Origin: Bispira polyomma
Lineage: Eukaryota
NCBI GenBank assembly: GCA_965649765.1
Contig: OZ287753.1
Span: forward strand, 49,848,001-49,912,000
Direction of reading: 5' to 3'
DNA length: 64,000 bases
The notes beneath the pieces are model-generated. The model saw only the letters and a list, made by a program, of their open reading frames with translations. It had not been told where the DNA came from and made no database searches. Positions 54,827 to 64,000 of this stretch are shown here, piece by piece (within the stretch, counting starts at the first letter, position 1; the number at the start of each line of letters is the position of its first letter). Made by a program: the position numbers and the translations under genes.

Positions 54827-57800
54827 CTATTCTTTTGTTATCAGCAAAGAGTAAAATAAGTAATCTAACACATATGATAGTGGATCCTTTATCACAATAC
54901 TCCGCAGTTCTGCAAAGTACATCTCCAGGATATCTTGCCTTTCATCTTCAGACCTGGAAGGATTTAATGCCCTGTACTGTGTTACATAACTCCAGGATTT
55001 GACGCTGTTGATCAGAATTACTGCATACTCACTGATCGCCTTGTTATTTTCTGTTTGTATGGAAATAGCAAATATATACATGGGGTTAATAGCTAATAGG
55101 CTTTTACAATTGATTGGCAATATAGTATCCAGTTCTGATAGCTAAGTCAATCTATGTGGTAAAATGGCATTGTCAGGTAGTCAGTCTAAAGTAAGCAACA
55201 GTATTACATATCTGTCTGTCAATCACTCACCAGCCTGTATATAACTCTTTACCAGATGGTCATATGTAGGTGACTGGAGTATGACTTTCTCAATGCTGTG
55301 CAGTCTCAGACCTGATGCTTGCACAGCCGATTCCTCTCCCTCAAATGGCTTCAGCAAGTCTTCCTTGCTACGGAAAGTAACAGGGTAAGTACTTTGTCTC
55401 ACCTCTTCCTGAGCAGGAAAGAATAAATCAATGGTATTACTACTTATGTTTTTGGCTCAATCCATATTTAAAAAATATGTGTTTACGGAGGTGTCTATAT
55501 GCCTTAGCACAGACAAGTTATGTATCCTCTAAATAAAGAACTGAAACCGGGTTTAAAAAAACCAATAAGATACGCACCCACAAACATTTAAAAAATTATA
55601 TCTGTACTCTGAGACAAAGCGTCCTATATGAATGTGGGTTCTATAACATAGTTATTATCTATAACTGTGTTAGTTACTAGATGTCTCAAATATTGCTACC
55701 AGTTATGAGTTATCTATTTATGTGAAAACCATGCAGTGCCTGTTCGTACAGATCTTTGGCTATATATGACCTTCGAGCATGATAGAGTTTGTCACGTTAC
55801 ATATGATACCACGGTACATAAAATAATAATATCAGGTAACAATGCCTAATTAATATAAGCTTTACTCAAATATGTCATTATTAGTGTCCGAAATACTATG
55901 AATCAGATCCTTTTCTAACTATGTGTTATGTCAGATTCATAAAGCCCTTTTTGCAATAATTGTGCCTCAACCTGGCACATTATCTCAGATGTACAGTAAA
56001 CTGAATCGAAGATAACCTGGACTATGAGGATTGCTAAATGCTTTTTAGGTTTAAGTCACTCTTTAAGTGGTGACAAGAAGGGTTGACTAATCATGATGAC
56101 TGCAGAGAAGGATACACCTGCAACCACTCCGCCTGTGCATAGTCTGCACTAAATAAGTCTCACAGGCCCTTCTTTTCCGGATATTTTGTACCCTTTGGGG
56201 TAAGGAGCCTCTACCACCCTTTCTCATTGATTAGGCTTGGTGTCATTGAAATTAACATCAACTATTCAATACACATATTTTAACATGTACAAGGTTTCAA
56301 TAAACTTGCAAATATCCATTTCACTGCCTTTTAATTTCAGTCTGACCTCAAGGTCATGCATCCTCTGGCTTTTGTGTCTAACCTTTTAACTTCACAGTCC
56401 TAAGAATCCTAAAGAGCATTTGTCTAAGTTCTTTGTTGTGTGCTCTGTTTGACATTGTACATATAACTACTACATGGGAACAGTGTTATGTCTATTTCTT
56501 AATTTAAATTTCCCTTTAGTCTGGTATTTACGGGTCATCTGGTAATACATAAAACTCAGGTAAATGTTTTACCTTGGTGATGATTCCTCTTTTGCAAAAT
56601 TCAATCCACAAATCAAAAATTGTTTTAGTTATATTTTTCTGCCTGGTATTTCCTGTATATCTTCCCTGCTCATCATGTCCAATAATAAATAACACCATAA
56701 GTCCTCCTGGAAATGTGAAACGATTTGAAATATGAGAAGATGTATATGATGTATTTTTGTGGTGTACTTTACTGTAATAAAATTGATAAAATTTCGGTCT
56801 GTCTTTGTGCCTCAAGGACCGCAAACTATGACTGTACCATATTCTCTGAATTCAATTAAAATTTGTACTCAGCATAGCATTGTATGTTGCTGTTTTCTGT
56901 CACTTAAAATCCCTAATTACCTCTTTAGACTGCAAGTATAGTCCGCTATTAACTATCACTAATAAAAAGTCCTTGAATTAAGTGATTTGAAAAATTTACT
57001 AATTTTGTCAATATGTCCAATAATACTAATAATACCACTGTAAATGTCTCTGTGTAACTGTTCTTATTATCTTTACTGTATTATAATGTCTTTTTGTAGA
57101 AATAAAAAGACAAAAATTATCACTAACCCAATGACAAAGGATCAACATAAAGAGAATGATTACACCATCACCTTAACTTAAAACAAATTACCCTGCTTGA
57201 ATTAACGTTAAATGACAATGATCATATTTTTTCTTTGATAAATTGATCAAATTATTAAGATTTCTTAGATATGTCTGTATAGCATGGATAGCATGCTTAC
57301 CGCCACATATTTAGACTGTGTCTATTAGCTCTTTAATTTGTCTGTTGAACTAGCAGGTTGTAAGGTATAATGTTTTTCCAATGAATGTGAGGTAGCTATG
57401 TGGTCAGTATAAAAAATTATTATAAATTTAATTTAATCTTTAGATACATAAGCACGTACTTTGAAGTTGATAGTGTTAGTCAGCAGAACGTAAGCTTTAT
57501 TGAACTTTAAAACTGTATGAAAACTGTTGAAGAGCCAAACACTTACTATTNNNNNNNNNNNNNNNNNNNNNNNNNNNNNNNNNNNNNNNNNNNNNNNNNN
57601 NNNNNNNNNNNNNNNNNNNNNNNNNNNNNNNNNNNNNNNNNNNNNNNNNNNNNNNNNNNNNNNNNNNNNNNNNNNNNNNNNNNNNNNNNNNNNNNNNNNN
57701 NNNNTTGAGACAGGACTAAAAGTAGAGTAGAAGGGGTAGAAGAGCTTGTTTTGTGGTGGATAACTTCCGGTATTTTGGGCTGCTGTCCCCCACCGGAAGT

Positions 57801-60800
57801 ATGTAAATAATATCCAATAATGTATACACTCATTAGTGTAAACCAATGTATATATTGTGTGTATATATTTGCCATGTACTTAAATACAATAAACAACCAG
57901 TGATTATGTCTGCCAGTTTAATAAACTGGCCATTTCAATCCATCACAGTGGTTTCCTTTTGTTGTTGTACACTCTGGCGCTGGGTAGCTATAAATATACA
58001 TATATATTAACTGTGCTCTTATAAATAGTTTCTTTCTTTCCTACTGTGTCAGTTCTTTTTAAGTTTGTCATACATTTATTTACTGAGTATGAAAAAAATA
58101 TCATTATTATTATTCAGCACTTTTGGTATGTTTGGTTATAGGTATCAAAAAAAAATATTCCGTTGTGTTTTCAGGGAGATAGGATATGACAATCCAAACA
58201 CAATTTTAAGGTCCCACCATACCTTTTGTGTGACAACTTGCCTTAAATGGTTACATGTGTGATAAATTTGAGGAAATTTTGTGACTGAATGATAGAATAC
58301 TTAATCAAAGTCAAATCATGCAGGTGTTTAAAAAATAAACTTAAAAATTAAAATCATGCTTTTCCCTGGGTAATGTAAAATCGATTTTTACATTATTGAT
58401 GGTTAATCTAAAATCACTTTTAAATTAATGGGGCTAAGCTAAAACGGGGATAATTTATAACTACTGTTTTTTTAAATTGTCGTTTGAGCCACTATGCTGT
58501 TATAATATGGAAAATCCAGACTGTGTTTGGAATGAAGCTCTCAGTGGTCCTCGGCAAGTGTATACCCACTAGGTTACAGTGGAAGGTTATTGTTCACAGC
58601 TTTCAATAGGGTAATTTAAAGTTGTTCTGGGAGGGCAAATCACATTAAAACTTTTAGAGAAAAGATAGACATCCTATATAACTGATTTGGTGTAAGTGGA
58701 CCACAATTCCTCTTTGTAAAAATAATGAAATTACATCTATATCAGACTGAATATGTTGAGAAATAGGAATCGAGATATGGCACGTCAGCATTTAACCATA
58801 TCGTGCAAAATTTTAGGATCAATATTGGAAGTACTAATTCGATTAAAACTATTTTCTCATATGTGTTTCTGCGTGGTAGGTTTCTTATATGTGTGAGTGC
58901 ATGAACACACTAGGTCCTATTCACATATAAGGTGGATTTTCATAAGAAATTATTCTAGTTATAGGTATTTCAGCTGTGATATGCATAGATAGTAAGTATT
59001 AATTCTAACCTGTCTTTAGTTCCTTGGCCTTGTGAAGAAGAAAGGTTTCCAAAATTCCTCTTTATAGAATCATTACATTTATATCAGACTGAATATGTTA
59101 ATAAATAAAAACATACATATGCCACGTCAGCATTTAACCATATCTACTTTCTCATATGTTTTTCTACGTGACAGGTGTCTTATATATATAAATGCATGTA
59201 CACATTCGGTCCTATTCCCATATAAGCGGAGATTTTATTTGAAATTATTTTAGTTTAATTATTTCAGCATAGATATGCATAGATAGTAATTTTTAATTCC
59301 AACCTGGCTTTAGTTCTTTGGCTCTTTGAAGAAGAAAGGTTTCCAAATCTTTCTCTCCTTGCTTTACAAATAATTCTTTGCTATTATCCTCATCATAAAC
59401 CCAGGGACACATACCATCTATGAGACACGGCCTATACAAAGAACCATTAAAAACATAAACTATACACATTTAAGCAACTATAATATCAAACGAGCTGCAT
59501 CACTTTCACTGTGCAGTAAGAAACTTTGTAATAATAACAAAGGTCATTAGCTGTCCTTGATTGGTATTACAGTGTTTAATCAAAATGGAGTCATCAAGAC
59601 AAATTCAAAAGTTTTACCCAAAAGGTACTGCAAAAAAAGGTTATGACTCCTTAATTACAGTACTTGTAATATTGTAATACAATATTGTAATTGTAATATA
59701 TATTAAAATTTCAATTGTTTGTCGACCTTTCAGAAAATAACATTGAGAAAGAAAATTATATTTTAAAAATTACATGTTTGTACAACTTTACTTAGTACAT
59801 CGCATTATTATATTCTTAAATTAGTTTTACCACACTCTACAACTATGCTAATATGGTTGTAGGACAGATTAAAGACATTGCCAGGGTATGTCTGTTAGTC
59901 AGGCACTAACCTTTTGCTGAGGTACTGCAATGAGGTAGAGCTACAGGCCAGGGACAGAGTATTATCAGGTAAACACTGCCTATAGAAAGATGTTCCTGAG
60001 GCACTCACAAACACGTCCCTCAGTTCCTGGGTAGCTTGACAAGGGATATTTTGCTCAGATGGTGTCTCTGTTGTGAATGGATAGAATTCCTTAGCTGTGA
60101 CTGTAAGTATCAAAGGTCTTAAACTTATCATCACAATAATCTCAAAATACTTTCTCCTGTATCTTTGTGTACAAGAAAGATATCTAGATTATTTAAGTTT
60201 CTTATAAAAAGGACCTAACTCTTTAAGACCAGCAGGCAATGGGCCTAACTTAACAAATAAACTTTACAATGATTGCAACATATATATATGTTACAGTGAA
60301 TATGTGTAATATATGTGGATTCCCTGTTTTGGTCAGGGAATACGCGTATTCCCTGAAATTATTAAATAGTTTTCACACAGGGATAAAAATAATTTTCACA
60401 TCAAATTAATGTAACAATATGCACATATAATGGTTTATGAATTCTTTTAATTAAATGAAATTAATTAATATCAGGAACAAGTATAATTGTTCAGTTTTAC
60501 ACATCTCATTCATGTTTAAGGGATCAAAGTCATTTTTACATTAAATTAATGCAAAAATATGCACATGTCAAGGTTCATTGATTCTTTTTAATAAAATTTA
60601 TTAATTTTAGATACAAGGTTGACTGTTATCTGATTAATATGTACAATTTTCGCATGAGCAATTATACATATAGTGTATTAATATAAATAGGATAAACATT
60701 TTTCAATAATTTGACAACAATAAAGTTACAACCCTCATTGGCTTCCAATGATACCCTAGGATTTTTTTTTAAATATTTCTTTAATGTTCCAAAATAATCT

Positions 60801-62128
60801 AATGTCTCCTTATAATTAAATGATAACTTGCAATCAAGAGATTAACACAAAAAGGTAAAAATAATTATTATTATGCACAGTTAATTCTCAGGATTATAAA
60901 GCTGATACGATTGCTTGAAGTATCAAGCCAAGTATTTAGAATACAGTAGGCTCTTTCAGATGTATATTTAATTGTAATGGCTTCTCGGCGAAATATTCTT
61001 TCTGGTGTTTCTTTTCTTTCAAACAAACATCAAATATCATTCAATGTAAAAGGATAAATTTCAAAAGACTTTTGAATTATAATTAGTCGCAGTTATGTGA
61101 AGGCCTGACATATTGTGGTTGATATATAAGCTAACTGTTTCATTTATGTTCATTCCTGATTTAATAATCAGTACCATGCCTCAATCAATTAAATATCAAT
61201 TAAAAGATTAAAAAAATTTCAAAATTGCCAAATTTAAAAACAAATCATGTATACTCTTTGACAAAGTAAGTATGTTTTAAACCGGTCAGAATTACAAAAG
61301 TAACTTCACATTTGCTTTTGAAAATTTGTACATTTACTCAAATACTTTTAAAAGTTTGACTTTGTACAAATTAATCAAATTCAGATCTTATATAATAATG
61401 TTTAATTGTTACATTGCGATTACTTTCGTAAAACTGGAATTTTTTTAGACTTATTTTAATGAGAATATTAATTTCTGCAAAACAAAATTAGAATTGTTTT
61501 TTTACTTCAAAAATTCAATATTGTTTTAAACATTAAAATAACTTTGTTAAACTTAATTCAGTGCATTCGCATATTCCCTAATGCTCAAAAATAATTAATA
61601 GAAGTTTTAGGGAATGTATATTGAATTTTTTACACATTACACATATTTACTGTAACATATACATATTTCATCTAATCATGAAAGGCAATTTCTTAGTCTT
61701 AATCTAATGTAACACCAAAGTTTTTACATACACAAGTCACACTACTATTTAGATATATTACTTGGTATTGTAGTTGCAGCTTTGATACAGTTACAAATTT
61801 TAATTCAATAAACTGTGTGATGCCCCTTACATATAGTCATGTTAAACATGTGAATTACACTATTTTGGGATAAAATAAATGCCCACTGGCTCACATTAAG
61901 ATGACAAAAACTGCTAGTGATATGAATCTCTTGGCTGCTTTGAATAGAAGCAAATATGAAAGTATGTCTATAAATTTGTATGCATACATACTTGAAAACT
62001 CCTTTGTATAAAAGATGTGAGATTCTTACCTGAAAAGTTCCTAAAGATGGATTTGAAGTCATTTTCTGGACCATCTTCAAACACAACCGATACTTGTTTG
62101 TCTGGACCATAGTGAGATCTGATTATCT
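54827..62128 (-). CDS. SABATH-family methyltransferase copy B, exons 3-8: 62030-62128, 59911-60067, 59304-59431, 56573-56706, 55231-55408, 54827-55050; exons 1-2 presumably beyond window
   Basis: Same intron positions and phases as copy A, open frame; EDGPENDFKSIF, SGTSFYRQCLPDNTL, STSLQYLS, DLETFLLQRAKELKPGGLMV. Confidence 0.9.
57551..57704. other. Assembly gap (154 N) inside intron 5 of copy B
   Basis: Run of N. Confidence 1.
58707..59346. repeat. Diverged tandem duplication that includes the 3' end of SABATH exon 5 and its donor
   Basis: Units start ATTCCTCTTT at ~58707 and ~59054; pseudo-exon LETFLLHKAKELKTG|GT at ~59010-59052. Confidence 0.85.
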
Positions 62129-62299
62129 CTGAATAAAGAAAGCAACTGTGTATCAACTTATAGAGTTAATGAACTTGGTGTAAGTGGTTCTTTGATTTCT
62201 AGTTAAATATACCTTATATATATCAGTTGTAGTTTATATTTCGACCTGAGTACGTGGTTAAAGGTCTCATTAGATGATGATGTGATATTGAATTTAAGA

Positions 62300-63960
62300 A
62301 TTATTCTTAGGCCTCAAAGACCTCATCAATAACCCTGAGATTGTTAAAAAAAGCTGACAAAGGCTCAGCAGTGGTAGTCCTCAACAGCACGGATTACTGG
62401 AGAGAAGGCTACAGATAACTCTCAGATTCTAACTTTTATGTTAAACAGCAAACTGCAATAAGTGATAAAATCACTGACCAAGTCACCGAGACCTTTACCA
62501 AGCTTAAGAATTTTAAGTTGATCACAGATGATAACTTTTAGTACTCAGCCCCTCAAAACTGTACTGAAGGCAGGTTTTATCTCCTGCCTAAAATTCACAA
62601 AAAAAGATGTACGTGTCAGACCTATATGCAGTTCTGTCAATCATACAACCTGTAGAATCTACAAATTGGTTGATGAACATACATGTATTACAAAATATGT
62701 TCCACTCACCAAATCCTACATTAGAGATACACAAGACTTTATTTATAAAAAAGGGAACTTGCACTAATCCCTCAAGGGAGTATGAATTTTGAATTTAATG
62801 AGGAACACTTTCTTCAAGTTGGAGGTACTGCAATGGGAACAGCCTTGGCCCCTGACTATGCAAACATATTTATAGACAGGTTTGAAACTAAAACCATAAA
62901 CGGCTTCCATCACAAAACTTTAGTTTGGAAAAGATTTACTGATGACATGATTTGGACACATGGAGACAATTCACCCATGCAATTTTTTGGGGGGACCTAA
63001 ACTCCATTCACCTAACTATTAAGTTTACTTATGAACACAGTCACCACACCATCAATTTCTTGGACACCAGGGTTAAATTTGGCCCCCAAAGGGACCTCCT
63101 TACAACTTTATATACTAAGACTACTGACACCCACCTGCACCCGGGATCAAGATTTTCAGAAATATGCTGAAAATCCTAATAGATTCTACCTCCAGAGAGG
63201 CTACTCCAAGAAGAATTTAATCAAACACCACAAAAGAGCATCTAAATTCTCACCAGATGAACTGCTCAAAAACAACAACAGGTAATCCTGTTATGGTCAC
63301 TCAGTAGAAAAACCCCAACATCAGAGAAATCATGAATAAAAACTGGAATATTATCCAGAACATCTGTGGTCTCGCCAACATTTTCACCAAATCACCACTA
63401 ATTGGTTAGAGAAGACTACAAAATCTCAGAGACCAATTATCCAGTTGTAAGTTTTGTTTTCCACCAGATCCTCATCTTACCAAACGAAATAAAATCACAC
63501 CCACAGTGTGTACCAGACTGGAAAAATCTACATACTGTCCATTAATTAAAAAGATAGACTCTATTTTGAGTCACCCCACTAAGAAGCAGTTCAAATGCAT
63601 AGCCCTTTCTCCAAACCGAGATTTACTTGTGAACTCAAGAATGCCATTTATGTAATCACCTGTAAGAAATGTGGATTACAATATATTGGGGAAACAAAAA
63701 GACCCGTTAGAAATTGAATACATGAAGATAGAGCTAGTGTCATAAAACCTGGTCAGAATAAGGTGACCCCTGTCTCCAGACACTACAACACAGATCACCA
63801 TTCTGTCAAAGACATGAAGTTTAGTGTACTGCTGTGGTGTACTGCTGTGGTTTGGACACACATTCAGAAAGTACAAACAGACGCAAATGTCGAGAATTGT
63901 ACTATATCTGGGCCGTTCCCACAATTACCCCTACAGGTATTTACCTACATATATAATTTA
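62300..63960 (+). mobile_element. Penelope-like element remnant (RT plus GIY-YIG endonuclease) in intron 2 of copy B
   Basis: ADKGSAVVV, FYLLPKIHK, YIRDTQDFI, GTAMGTALAPDYAN, WKRFTDD, INFLDT, NAIYVITCKKCGLQYIGET. Confidence 0.9.
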
Positions 63961-64000
63961 CAGCTCTCTATTGTATTAGCTGATACCCCTAATAACCCCT

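Noticed and set aside
57433-57896. ORFs across the N run
   Set aside because: Artefacts of the assembly gap

Overview
AT-rich, intron-containing, repeat-dense DNA from an invertebrate animal genome, with one 154-nt assembly gap. The six-frame ORFs are mostly exon or transposon fragments, so I rebuilt genes by hand from GT-AG junctions and exon phase. Host genes: (1) the last 7 exons (+ strand, 205-7672) of a DUF4832-like protein with a C-terminal CBM4/9-like carbohydrate-binding domain; (2) a minus-strand tandem array of three SABATH-family (Methyltransf_7) SAM-dependent methyltransferases. These are a 2-exon pseudogene (17856-20613), an intact 8-exon gene (30217-38474, 379 aa) and exons 3-8 of a third open paralog (54827-62128) that runs off the window. 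The rest is mobile DNA: at least six Ngaro-type tyrosine-recombinase (YR) retrotransposon copies (one near-complete, 40701-46319), a DIRS1-type fragment, L2/CR1-, Ingi/Vingi-, Gypsy-, BEL/Pao- and Penelope-type remnants, a Harbinger relic and MITE, tRNA-SINEs and tandem repeats. Most notable: the animal SABATH array with altered substrate-pocket residues; conserved splice sites that would make the ATG-less YR a gag-YR fusion; a ~48-nt hairpin at the Ngaro repeat junction that is split at integrated ends; and a 5'-truncated Ngaro 3' end flanked by a perfect 19-bp duplication in a methyltransferase 3'UTR. Family assignments come from motif recognition, not database searches.
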